This document shows positions 49,728 through 58,576 of a DNA stretch of 64,000 bases, in pieces. Numbering within the stretch: position 1 is the stretch's first letter; each line of letters starts with the position of its first letter. Position numbers and translations under genes: made by a program. The stretch is from an uncultured virus (IMG/VR IMGVR_UViG_3300030406_000618). Its lineage: Duplodnaviria > Heunggongvirae > Uroviricota > Caudoviricetes. The notes under the pieces were generated by a model. That model was not told the DNA's origin, searched no databases, and saw only the letters and a program-made list of their open reading frames with translations. The DNA is taken from the IMG/VR virus record IMGVR_UViG_3300030406_000618. The stretch is one strand, 5' to 3'.

Positions 49728-50469
49728 ACTTTTTCTGATATAGATCAGTTACTTTTCTAATATATGCAGGATCTTTTGTACCTTCTTTCCAGTACCTTGG
49801 ATCTTGCATCATAGATTGTAAATCTCTTTCATCTAGTTCTACATCTACTACAGTATTAGTATTAGGTAATGCTTTGTTTTTAGACAAAGACATTATCTCT
49901 TCTAAAGCTTTAATCCCTTCAGCAGTACTAGCCATATTGGCAATAGCATTATAGGCATCAGTAGATAAATACTTTTTGCTCCAAAGATCAGCAGCTTCGA
50001 TACGCTCTTTGGCATTATCTCCCAGTTTGCCCATTTCTTCTTGTAAATTTGGCAAACCAGCAATCTCATTATTAACAAAAGCCTCCACTCCCTGGTTGAA
50101 TACATCCTGTGATAATCCATTATCTCTACAAATTTGTTCCCAAGACTTAACAAGTGCTTGTTCTGGATCAACGGATATTTCAACATCTTTTGGTATTTCT
50201 GGTAGCTTTATTTCATATGATTCAGGAACGCTAGACTTTCTTTCTGCTTCCAGATCTTCACGTAATTGTTTCGTAAGATCTTCAGTTCGCATTCCAAGTT
50301 TTTGCTCCAATGCTTTGTATGATGCACCCAGTTCTTCAACTTTAATTTCATTTCTATCTGTATCCCAAAACTTCTCTGGAATATACTCAGGTATTTGAAC
50401 TTCAGTAGTGTTTTCTTGAGATACCTGTTGTGTTGTTTCTTGTGTTTCTTGTACTTGTTCTTCTGACAT
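49720..50469 (-). CDS. Scaffolding protein
   Basis: Acidic; PEYIPEKFW, SYKALEQKLG and MQDPRYW motifs. Confidence 0.8.
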   Translation of the reverse strand: MSEEQVQETQETTQQVSQENTTEVQIPEYIPEKFWDTDRNEIKVEELGASYKALEQKLGMRTEDLTKQLREDLEAERKSSVPESYEIKLPEIPKDVEISVDPEQALVKSWEQICRDNGLSQDVFNQGVEAFVNNEIAGLPNLQEEMGKLGDNAKERIEAADLWSKKYLSTDAYNAIANMASTAEGIKALEEIMSLSKNKALPNTNTVVDVELDERDLQSMMQDPRYWKEGTKDPAYIRKVTDLYQKKYG

Positions 50470-50744
50470 TATGCCTCCTTATCAGATTCAATTCTTTTCT
50501 TGATGATGAAATATAAATATCTCATGCCTTCAAGATGTCGTAGATGTTCATTGCTAATATCTTTACCTGCAACTGCATCTACTGTTATGGATCTTAAATA
50601 ATCCAAAATCTTTGCACCAACAACGGTGCTAAAAACTGCATTCATTTCTGAATTAAGTTCTCTTTCTTTTTCTTCTGTTCGATAAAATCCATCAATAGAT
50701 AGATGGCTTCCTTTAGGTTTGTTCTGGAGCTGCTCCCAACTCAT
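50469..50744 (-). CDS. Bbp19-like protein
   Basis: VFST..GAKILDYLRSIT...LRHLEGMR; between portal and scaffold. Confidence 0.7.
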   Translation of the reverse strand: MSWEQLQNKPKGSHLSIDGFYRTEEKERELNSEMNAVFSTVVGAKILDYLRSITVDAVAGKDISNEHLRHLEGMRYLYFIIKKRIESDKEA

Positions 50745-52290
50745 TTGTTCCTCCTTGTTGTTGCATTACTTGTTGCATTTGCTGTACTACTTGTTGTTGT
50801 TCAGCTGCATCTCTAATTAGTTTTTCAGGAAGGTTCATTTTCTCTGCCAAGTACCTAGCTACTTCTTCTTGTTTTACAATAAGATTTAGTACTTGTGGTC
50901 CAAATGTTTGACCTAGCGTTGCGTTGAATCTATTTACATCTGCAATATCTTGCTCGTTTTGTGCTCTAGACAATGGTGATTCTGGAACAATTTTTATTTC
51001 TTTGTTATTCAAAGAAGGTAACTCTATTCTGCCTTGTTTCTTTAAAATATAAATAACACGTCTAATTAATGGCATAATAAATTCTGATTGTAATCTTCCA
51101 AATGAAGATCCAATTTGTCTAGATAAATCTGCCATTCTTTCTGCTACTTCAGTAGCTGACATTGGTGTACCTTTGGTTGGACCTAATGTTTCCATGTATA
51201 ATGCTTTACGAATATTTTGCCTCATATCATCTAATACTAACTGTGCAACATCAAATCTACCTGCTCCATTAATAGGAACTAGTCCTCTAGATCCAGGAGC
51301 TACTGGAATAATTGTTCCAGGCACTAATTGAATGTTATCTGGATTAATAACTCCATCATCTTCTAATTGATAAATACCAGATATATTCATCTGTGCATTT
51401 TCTAAAATTAATTCAATAGTTAAGTTTGTAGTCTTGATAGCAGACATAGCATTAAATACTGGACCACGACCATATACTTCACCACTAGCTTTATTCCATC
51501 TAAATGTAATAAATGGATTAGAACCTTGTCCTTCAAAAGTATCTTCAAGAATAATCGTTTCAAAATCTTTTACACATACTACATAATCATAAACTTCTTT
51601 ATTTGGATCTTTATAATTTCTCATTGTACCTTCGATTACAGTACACTTGACATCTGGATCATTTAAAATCTTATCTTCTATATCTTCAAAGTTTCCATCT
51701 GGATATAAAACTTTTAAATCACCTAATCTAATATTTCTTTTTCTATAAATACAATCTACTCTATTATCTGGACCTGCATTTAAATATACATGAGGTAATG
51801 GTATAGAATTAAATACTACTGGATTAGTTGATGTACCTTCATTCACTAACATTACACCTGTACCAATAGCTAAATCCATAAATGATTCATGCACTTCTTG
51901 ATTAAAGTTAGATGAATGTAATATTTCAAATATATAATTAGTTATTTCATCTAACTGTGCATCTATCTGTGGTGCTATATTTGGAGGTATCTCTATACCT
52001 GCTTTTAAATTAATCCATCTTCCAAATGTAGGAGTGATACCTGCTTGTAGTCTTGAAGCAAACTCTTGAATACCTACAACAGCTGTTTCATCAAAGATTC
52101 TATCTGTCCTTTTTTCTCCAGGAGCTTCTTCATAAAATGCTTCTCTACCTGGCATAGTATATTCATATGCTTCTTCAAACTTTGGAATCCAATGAGATTT
52201 TAATTGTTCTGATTGTGCAAACTTTTTTAAAAAAGATTTAGGATTCATTACTCCAGTATTTGGAGAAGATCTATAATTAAAACTGTACAT
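50713..52290 (-). CDS. Portal / head-tail connector
   Basis: IFDETAV, GEVYGRGP, MSATEV and FGRLQSE motifs. Confidence 0.93.
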   Translation of the reverse strand: MYSFNYRSSPNTGVMNPKSFLKKFAQSEQLKSHWIPKFEEAYEYTMPGREAFYEEAPGEKRTDRIFDETAVVGIQEFASRLQAGITPTFGRWINLKAGIEIPPNIAPQIDAQLDEITNYIFEILHSSNFNQEVHESFMDLAIGTGVMLVNEGTSTNPVVFNSIPLPHVYLNAGPDNRVDCIYRKRNIRLGDLKVLYPDGNFEDIEDKILNDPDVKCTVIEGTMRNYKDPNKEVYDYVVCVKDFETIILEDTFEGQGSNPFITFRWNKASGEVYGRGPVFNAMSAIKTTNLTIELILENAQMNISGIYQLEDDGVINPDNIQLVPGTIIPVAPGSRGLVPINGAGRFDVAQLVLDDMRQNIRKALYMETLGPTKGTPMSATEVAERMADLSRQIGSSFGRLQSEFIMPLIRRVIYILKKQGRIELPSLNNKEIKIVPESPLSRAQNEQDIADVNRFNATLGQTFGPQVLNLIVKQEEVARYLAEKMNLPEKLIRDAAEQQQVVQQMQQVMQQQGGTNELGAAPEQT

Positions 52291-53045
52291 TACTTAAATG
52301 TTCCACCAAATCCTCTACCCTTAACTGTAAGAAATGGTCTTTCATTATTAGATACGTTTCCAATACCGTATCCAGCTAAAACTTTTTCTATTTTTCTTTT
52401 TCTTTCATTTTCTCTTATATTGCTTTCACTTTGTTCTATTGGTGTTTTAGTTGTATTTGTATTATTACTACTATCATTTTTAAAAAAACTAGTTCCTCTT
52501 ATCGCATTAAAAATAGCACCAACAGGTGATGATTCTATTAATCCTGCTTTTCTAACCATGGTTGGTGTATTAGATCCATCTATATATTCTAAAGTATTAT
52601 ATCCAGTTACAGCTCTAGAAATATCACCACCTAATTGTTTTAGCGTAGGAGCATTTGCAGTTAGTTGTGGTGTTTGTTTTGAAAGTATAGTTTCACCTTT
52701 TTCGTTTTTCATTCCTGTTCCAACAAAACTCATTCTTTCTACTCCATCAGAACCAGTAAATTTCTTACCACCTAACATTTCTCCTACTTCTTGAGTACGT
52801 AAATCGTTTGCATATTTTTCTACATTAGCTGGTCTACGATATTTAGAACCTATTTCACCGATATTTTTACTAATAGCATTAAAAGATTTTCCTGTAGTTC
52901 TTTTAATTGTTTCTGCTTGTTGTGTTGTAGCAGTAGCTAATCCAGTAGTTCCAGACATAGCCAAAGATTGACCTGGACCCATTCCAGATACTTTTTTTTT
53001 ATTATTTCCTCCTCCACCTCCAGATGTTGGTTTACTTGATCCCAT
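52290..53045 (-). CDS. Hypothetical Gly/Thr-rich probable virion protein
   Basis: 251 aa, TAATG-coupled, directly before the portal. Confidence 0.6.
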   Translation of the reverse strand: MGSSKPTSGGGGGNNKKKVSGMGPGQSLAMSGTTGLATATTQQAETIKRTTGKSFNAISKNIGEIGSKYRRPANVEKYANDLRTQEVGEMLGGKKFTGSDGVERMSFVGTGMKNEKGETILSKQTPQLTANAPTLKQLGGDISRAVTGYNTLEYIDGSNTPTMVRKAGLIESSPVGAIFNAIRGTSFFKNDSSNNTNTTKTPIEQSESNIRENERKRKIEKVLAGYGIGNVSNNERPFLTVKGRGFGGTFK

Positions 53046-53257
53046 TATGTTTCTTGTCCTTCTGTAAAAAATCCAGCTCCACCAGCTCTTGTAAACAATG
53101 ATCTATTACCGAGCTTACCTTCGATAAATCTTTTTTTTCTTTTAGCCATAGCTTCTTCTTGTTCTTTTTTTATACGTTCTTCCTCCATACGCTTTTCTTT
53201 TAATTGTCTTTCTAGCTCTGGATCAGGCTTATATTTTGGTGTTCTTAAAAATCCCAT
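53045..53257 (-). CDS. Small charged hypothetical protein
   Basis: 70 aa, G.RSLF motif, coupled. Confidence 0.6.
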   Translation of the reverse strand: MGFLRTPKYKPDPELERQLKEKRMEEERIKKEQEEAMAKRKKRFIEGKLGNRSLFTRAGGAGFFTEGQET

Positions 53258-53652
53258 TGTTCACAACCATGTTTCTTTAAGTATTTATATAACTGAAAAG
53301 GGGTAATAATCAATCTATTTATTCCTAGCACTCTCATAATGACAGTTACACAAGAATGTTCTCTCAACCATGCAGCTTGAAATAATCTCCACTTATGGCG
53401 AAATGTCTTGCATTTTAAAATAATACCATCATGTTGTTTTATATAGACCATCATCTGATCTACTTCTGTACCATCTATAATATTTAAGTCTAATCTTCTG
53501 TGTATATGTTCTACTACCATCCATTTATCTTTTTTTGGAAAGTATGCAAAAGCACCACAATGTGCCATCCCATTTTTTCTGAACCTGTGATACCACTCAT
53601 GGTTTGGTGGATCATAAAAAAATACTAGCCATTCCTTCGGAAAATATCCCAC
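53245..53652 (-). CDS. Putative permuted papain-like (NlpC/P60-type) protein
   Basis: His (HCG) before Cys (SCV), C-terminal TPFQLY. Confidence 0.45.
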   Translation of the reverse strand: MGYFPKEWLVFFYDPPNHEWYHRFRKNGMAHCGAFAYFPKKDKWMVVEHIHRRLDLNIIDGTEVDQMMVYIKQHDGIILKCKTFRHKWRLFQAAWLREHSCVTVIMRVLGINRLIITPFQLYKYLKKHGCEQWDF

Positions 53653-55148
53653 TTTTTCCTCCTGTTCATAGAACTACGATCAAATATATTCCAGTTCTTA
53701 TAAGCATTAGATACTTGTGGTTTTGCTGGACCTATAGTTAATGATCTACCTTCTCCTGCACCTAACATTAAATATTGTAGTGCATCATGTACGTGTGAAA
53801 ATTTATTTTTATTAGGTTTATCCTCATATCTTTCTCCAGAAGTTTGTATTCTTCTATAGTGGTATCCACCAAGAAAACCTTTTCTTAGTTGTTTACAGGA
53901 TGGCGATAGTAAGAAACCAGACTTACCATCAACCATCCTATTTAATGCAGCTTCTACTGATTCTATTCGTAGAGATACATCATTTGATGGAGCTGGAAAG
54001 GCTTGGATACCTTGTTGTCTTAGTATCTGAAAAGGAGTAGTTTCATCTGTCTGTGCCCTAAAATCTCCAGCTGGATCACCAAATATTTTTAAATCTTTAT
54101 CTGCACAATGTTTAATAATCTCATGTTTTAGTAATTCACTAAATTTAACTGTGCCTATATCAAAACAAACTAATTCATGAAGTATCAACCATCTACCATC
54201 TGGTAGCTTTTGACCAAATACTGCAGAAGGTGTTAAGCCAAAGTCTAATCCAATATATACTGTAGTAGGTGCAAAAGGTATTTCTTCATCTGCTATATGG
54301 ACATCTTCTCTAAATGATCCATATACCAGTTTACCATCTTCTATAGTTCCTAATCTATTTAAAACATAAACATCAATCCAACTTTTAGATTTTCCTCTGA
54401 TAATATTTGGATAGTAATCTGGGGTAACATTTCTGATATTTTCTGCTGTATCATTAAGTACATAACCTTTAATTTTATCATCTTCTTTTTTTTCAATCAT
54501 TCCTGGAGGCTGTACAAAAAACTTCCAGTTATCTGGTTTAACTAACATTACAGATTCTTCTTGACTCATATGATCTGGAAAAGGAACTTCTCCAGACATA
54601 ATAGACCACCAATGATCTTCATCAGGTGCGTTAGTATCTGCTATTACACCATACCATGATGGTCCACCATCTTTCATAGAAGGATATCTACCTACACGCA
54701 TTGTACACGCATCTACAATAGATTTAGGAATCTCTCTTGCTTCATTTATCCATACACCAGTTAATTCTAAAGACAAGAGTTTCTTGACATCTTCAGGTCT
54801 ATCTAGTGCTAAAAAAATAACTTCTAGTTCTACATCACCTACATGAATGTTATGTGTATACGGAACTGAATATGTAAAGTTTCCAAATGAGTTTTCTGGA
54901 AACCAATCTAACCATGTTTTGATTGTTGTAGTCTTTAACTGTGGGTTAGTATTTCTTATAACTGCCCATCTAGATTTACGTTTACCATCTGGACTAGGTG
55001 TTTGTTTTAATGCACGTCTAAATAATTCAATACAGCAGGATACAGATTTACCAGATCCTACTGGACCACGTACACCTCTAAAGAAAGATTCATCCTTCAT
55101 AAAGGATTTAATAACCTCTCCAGGTGCTTTATAATTTAATTCTGTCAA
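53625..55148 (-). CDS. terL: Terminase large subunit
   Basis: GPVGSGKS, VWINEARE, GLDFG and HVHDALQY motifs. Confidence 0.93.
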   Translation of the reverse strand: MTELNYKAPGEVIKSFMKDESFFRGVRGPVGSGKSVSCCIELFRRALKQTPSPDGKRKSRWAVIRNTNPQLKTTTIKTWLDWFPENSFGNFTYSVPYTHNIHVGDVELEVIFLALDRPEDVKKLLSLELTGVWINEAREIPKSIVDACTMRVGRYPSMKDGGPSWYGVIADTNAPDEDHWWSIMSGEVPFPDHMSQEESVMLVKPDNWKFFVQPPGMIEKKEDDKIKGYVLNDTAENIRNVTPDYYPNIIRGKSKSWIDVYVLNRLGTIEDGKLVYGSFREDVHIADEEIPFAPTTVYIGLDFGLTPSAVFGQKLPDGRWLILHELVCFDIGTVKFSELLKHEIIKHCADKDLKIFGDPAGDFRAQTDETTPFQILRQQGIQAFPAPSNDVSLRIESVEAALNRMVDGKSGFLLSPSCKQLRKGFLGGYHYRRIQTSGERYEDKPNKNKFSHVHDALQYLMLGAGEGRSLTIGPAKPQVSNAYKNWNIFDRSSMNRRKKWDIFRRNG

Positions 55149-55336
55149 GCAATACCATTATCTACAGATTTTTTAATTAATTTGTAGATAGTTTCTGGTA
55201 GTAAAGATTCGATAAACTTATCAGCTTCTTTATCAGAGAATCGTAAGTCATCAGGATAATGTTTGAAATGTTCTTTCTTCACTATCTTACGAAGTCTTTG
55301 ACGATCCTCGTAAGATAGCTCCTCTGCGTACCTCAT
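55145..55336 (-). CDS. Hypothetical protein
   Basis: 63 aa overlapping the terL start. Confidence 0.6.
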   Translation of the reverse strand: MRYAEELSYEDRQRLRKIVKKEHFKHYPDDLRFSDKEADKFIESLLPETIYKLIKKSVDNGIA

Positions 55337-55338
55337 GT

Positions 55339-55449
55339 TTAATTAAATATTAATCCTAAGATTATTAAAGTAGGAATAGCACATACAAATATTTTTCCTT
55401 TGTAATTAAGTCTATCCCACTTTCTTTGTATTTTTACTATTAAATCCAT
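55339..55449 (-). CDS. Micro-protein with C-terminal TM, 36 aa
   Basis: MDLIVKIQRKWDRLNYKGKIFVCAIPTLIILGLIFN; TAATG-coupled. Confidence 0.6.
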   Translation of the reverse strand: MDLIVKIQRKWDRLNYKGKIFVCAIPTLIILGLIFN

Positions 55450-55619
55450 TATGCTCTCGCTTTCTTTTTAGCTGTTGCTGATAGATCTTTGAAATGTACT
55501 AAAGGTTTACTAGATGCAGTATGAGTCTTGCCTGAATGTAATTTACCATTAGGCATTTTATGATATGCACCTTTGTGTTCAGTACCATTTTTAAAATAAT
55601 GTTTTACGCCTTTGCCCAT
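55449..55619 (-). CDS. His/Lys-rich micro-protein, 56 aa
   Basis: MGKGVKHYFKNGTEHKGAYHKMPNGKLHSGKTHTASSKPLVHFKDLSATAKKKARA. Confidence 0.75.
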   Translation of the reverse strand: MGKGVKHYFKNGTEHKGAYHKMPNGKLHSGKTHTASSKPLVHFKDLSATAKKKARA

Positions 55620-55729
55620 TACTTTTTCTTCTTACTAGCCATAATCTTTTTCTTCAAAGCAGGTGGAAGTTTGTTCTGTTTTCCTTTTAGCTTTTTAGAT
55701 CCAGCAGCTGGTTTTTTCATTCCATACAT
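55619..55729 (-). CDS. Basic micro-protein, 36 aa
   Basis: MYGMKKPAAGSKKLKGKQNKLPPALKKKIMASKKKK; AGGAGG RBS. Confidence 0.75.
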   Translation of the reverse strand: MYGMKKPAAGSKKLKGKQNKLPPALKKKIMASKKKK

Positions 55730-55977
55730 TATGATACCCTCCTAAACGGTTTTGTTTTGGCAGATATAGATTTGGGTTGTCTTACAAACTGTTTCCCTTT
55801 CTTACTGCCTTTTCTCTTAGCTCTAGTTGTAGCTGCATACTCTGCAGGAGTCAATGCTTTGATCGCAGCTTCTGGTAAGTAGCGTTCACCAGTTTTGGCA
55901 GATGGCTTTCCAGATTTGGTTCTCCATTTCTGGTTAGTCCATGCTTTCAAACTTTTTTGAGATTTAGATAAAGCCAC
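55729..55977 (-). CDS. Basic protein, DUF5872-like C-terminal half
   Basis: QKSLKAWTNQKWRTKSG...RYLP...KKGKQFV. Confidence 0.75.
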   Translation of the reverse strand: MALSKSQKSLKAWTNQKWRTKSGKPSAKTGERYLPEAAIKALTPAEYAATTRAKRKGSKKGKQFVRQPKSISAKTKPFRRVS

Positions 55978-55978
55978 T

Positions 55979-56089
55979 TTATTTTCCTTTTATTACTTTA
56001 CTTAAAGTCTGTGCTTGTTTTTTATGTGAATTAGAAGCTTTCTTTAAACCTTTAATTACTTTTTTTATTGTCTTAATTTTCTTTTTCAT
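55979..56089 (-). CDS. Basic amphipathic micro-protein, 36 aa
   Basis: MKKKIKTIKKVIKGLKKASNSHKKQAQTLSKVIKGK; GGAGG RBS. Confidence 0.7.
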   Translation of the reverse strand: MKKKIKTIKKVIKGLKKASNSHKKQAQTLSKVIKGK

Positions 56090-56262
56090 TATCTATATCC
56101 TCCACCTTTTGCTTTATATTGTTTAGCTAACATCTGAGCCTTCCTTGCTGACCATTGCCCAGGCTTTCCTCCTTTTCCTCCAGCTTTAATACGATTAAAT
56201 AAACTTTTTCTCATTCCAGGCTTGGTATAATTACCTGCCTCATTGACTTTACTCTTTACCAT
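56089..56262 (-). CDS. Basic protein, DUF5872-like N-terminal half, 57 aa
   Basis: YTKPGMRKSLFNRIKAGGKGGKPGQWSARKAQMLAKQYKAKGGGY. Confidence 0.78.
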   Translation of the reverse strand: MVKSKVNEAGNYTKPGMRKSLFNRIKAGGKGGKPGQWSARKAQMLAKQYKAKGGGYR

Positions 56263-56537
56263 TTTGATTTATTAGCCCAAAACGCAGCTGACATCTTGCC
56301 TTTGGCTATATTTTTTCGATGTCTAGCTTTAAATGATTTTCTTTTCATTTTCATTCTCTTAGACTCTCCTGCTTTTGGTTTACCAGCTGTACTAGCTCCC
56401 TGTTCACCATATCTAATAGTTTTTATTTTATTGCCTTCTTTGGCGACTACGACATGAGATTTTTTAGGATGATTAGGGGTACGTTTAGGTTTGTTATATC
56501 CAGATACACCTATCCTTTTTAAAAGGCTTTGGCTCAT
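56256..56537 (-). CDS. Small basic protein (DUF6321/DUF5754-like)
   Basis: KTIRYGEQG...RKSFKARH...SAAFWA; homologous to 13244-13513. Confidence 0.7.
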   Translation of the reverse strand: MSQSLLKRIGVSGYNKPKRTPNHPKKSHVVVAKEGNKIKTIRYGEQGASTAGKPKAGESKRMKMKRKSFKARHRKNIAKGKMSAAFWANKSKW

Positions 56538-56884
56538 TTTATACTAATCAATAAATTACTAGGATCTTTTATTGCAGATAATAAACCATTAGCAAACTTT
56601 TTATAACTATTAGTCATTTTTTTTACACCAATAGTATTAAAGTTATCTACATTGTTCATCATAGCTTTAAAACCTAAAGCACCAGTATCTTTAAGAAATG
56701 AATTCTTTAATGTAGATTTATTATAACCTATCTCTTTAAATGTATTAACTTGTTTATCAGATAAACCAGACCAATACTTATTAAAAACGTCATTATCTTC
56801 CATTAACCTTATTAATTCTTTCTCTTTTATCTTTTTTGATGTGTTTTTTGCACCAGGCAACATTGATTGTCTTGTTTTAACCAT
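56534..56884 (-). CDS. Hypothetical protein
   Basis: 116 aa, ATGA-coupled. Confidence 0.55.
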   Translation of the reverse strand: MVKTRQSMLPGAKNTSKKIKEKELIRLMEDNDVFNKYWSGLSDKQVNTFKEIGYNKSTLKNSFLKDTGALGFKAMMNNVDNFNTIGVKKMTNSYKKFANGLLSAIKDPSNLLISIK

Positions 56885-56914
56885 AAACGTACTTTACCCA
56901 AAAAAAAAATATAT

Positions 56915-57142
56915 TCAACGCTGTTTGTAGTGTTCATAACATAGAAAATAATAACTACCTACCTCGTTCTTGATATGAAACGGAGCAAATTCTCCACACT
57001 CACAACAACGACAATACTTAATGTGTTCTTTATGTGTCCATTTTAGTATTTGTAACAGATTGTAACACGGACCTTTTTCGCTATTAATGTGAGTAGAGGA
57101 CCTTTCTCTGTGCTGTCGCTCCTGTTTTCTAACCCCCCTCAT
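56915..57142 (-). CDS. Small Cys-rich hypothetical protein (start uncertain)
   Basis: CCEC...CYEH zinc-ribbon-like pattern. Confidence 0.45.
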   Translation of the reverse strand: MRGVRKQERQHRERSSTHINSEKGPCYNLLQILKWTHKEHIKYCRCCECGEFAPFHIKNEVGSYYFLCYEHYKQR

Positions 57143-57526
57143 CTAATCTAGGTCTATCTTGATAGAGAGATTTCCTCCTACACTGTGCTGTACCTTATCA
57201 GGAGCTTTGAACCCACTCCTATCTAGGATGTCCTTCGACGCCTCTAGCTTCACGTAATCAGACTTCGCATCTTGTGCGAGTCTTACGATAGTCTTGACTG
57301 CTGGGATAGCTCCCACCAGACCTATCTCTGCTATACGTGAGCGGTAGTACTCTTGTACCTTTGGAAGTCGTAGCGTCTTACTAGCAGTAACTCTACCAGC
57401 TTCTCCCTTTGCATATCCTGCTATTTGACTAGCTTTTGCTACGGAGCAACCTTCTGCTACGAGGGTATCAATTAGCTTACGTTGTTTGTTTGTAAGACCA
57501 TCAGGTCCTTTTATGTGACTGCCCAT
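57143..57526 (-). CDS. terS: Terminase small subunit
   Basis: LTNKQRKL...ASQIAGY...LRLPKV...ILDRSG; start moved to ATG 57526. Confidence 0.8.
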   Translation of the reverse strand: MGSHIKGPDGLTNKQRKLIDTLVAEGCSVAKASQIAGYAKGEAGRVTASKTLRLPKVQEYYRSRIAEIGLVGAIPAVKTIVRLAQDAKSDYVKLEASKDILDRSGFKAPDKVQHSVGGNLSIKIDLD

Positions 57527-57797
57527 AACGATAGATACCTTGCTACGGTTTATGTTGTCAAGTGAAAAATTGTAAACAAACGAGAGATGTTCCCTCTCTC
57601 GTGCTCTCTCCCTAGTGGGATGATCTAGGATCATCAGTTTAAAAGGTAAATAAAATTGACTTATTAGCGTAATAGCCATGACTAGTTGTCATGTCTATCA
57701 GTACGCCCATGTATCTCTAGTTCGCTCTGCTCCCAAGAGCTACTATGTTTCTCAGTCGAGCTGAGAATAACAAGCAATCCAATTTTATTTTTACTCT

Positions 57798-58022
57798 CTC
57801 TCGATAATGCTCCATTCGTGGCGACAGAGTTAGGGGGGGTATCAGCTATGTACACGCCACGAACTACCAGTAGATTCTTTCACCAGTCAAGCCATAAAGG
57901 CTCTCGGTGCAACAAGTTGCTTGACGTTTATATCACTTCGTGAAGCGATCAAACAACTGGTCGCACTGACTGTCTTAGAATCTATGGTTGCTAAAGTGGG
58001 CATTAACGAGAGATCGACTCTC
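57798..58022 (+). ncRNA. Candidate multi-branched structured RNA / leader
   Basis: Nested complementary stems (detailed in findings); G-T pairs favour the plus strand. Confidence 0.5.
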
Positions 58023-58044
58023 ATCATATCAAAGGAGATATACA

Positions 58045-58404
58045 ATGAAGATAACAAGTAACAAAATATATGTAGTTCACACACAATACTATGAGGATTA
58101 CAATATGGAGGCTTCATCATGGAATGAAGGATATTACAAATTTAAAGGAGGAGATACATACTTCCTCTTTGGATTTGACAAAATGGCTACAGCAGTAGCA
58201 TTTGTACATAAGGAATTATGTTATCCAACTGAGTTTCCATCTGGCTACGATGAAATGACATATGATGAAGCAGAAAAATTATATGCTGAGTACACGGAGC
58301 ATGGAGGTGAGGTAAAGAAAATAGACTTACATCAGTGGATGGAGTTGAATGATGGAGGAAGAACGCATAGCGTATCAAAAGATGAAGGAGGCAGAAATGC
58401 ATAA
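58045..58404 (+). CDS. Early hypothetical protein
   Basis: ATG 58045 after AAAGGAG; TQY.E.Y...YYKFKGG.TY. Confidence 0.7.
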   Translation: MKITSNKIYVVHTQYYEDYNMEASSWNEGYYKFKGGDTYFLFGFDKMATAVAFVHKELCYPTEFPSGYDEMTYDEAEKLYAEYTEHGGEVKKIDLHQWMELNDGGRTHSVSKDEGGRNA

Positions 58405-58576
58405 TCCATTGGAAAAAGAAGCATGTGATATCATAGATAGAATTAGATATCTTGAGGAATCAGGTGCACCTAAGGATGAAATTGATCTTGAAAGACAAAG
58501 ACTTCAAGGAACAATGTATGGTAAAGAACTAGAATACAATGATGTAGAGGAGGTAAATTATGTCATACACAAATAA
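58397..58576 (+). CDS. Hypothetical protein
   Basis: ATG after AAGGAGG. Confidence 0.6.
   Translation: MHNPLEKEACDIIDRIRYLEESGAPKDEIDLERQRLQGTMYGKELEYNDVEEVNYVIHK

Noticed and set aside
57527..57679. N-terminal extension of terS given by the ORF track
   Set aside because: Runs through hairpins and a TTGACA element; the family-like sequence begins at ATG 57526
58031..58047. AAGGAGATATACA before ATG resembles the T7 gene 10 / pET RBS
   Set aside because: Only about 13 nt match and there is no other vector sequence; an ordinary strong RBS
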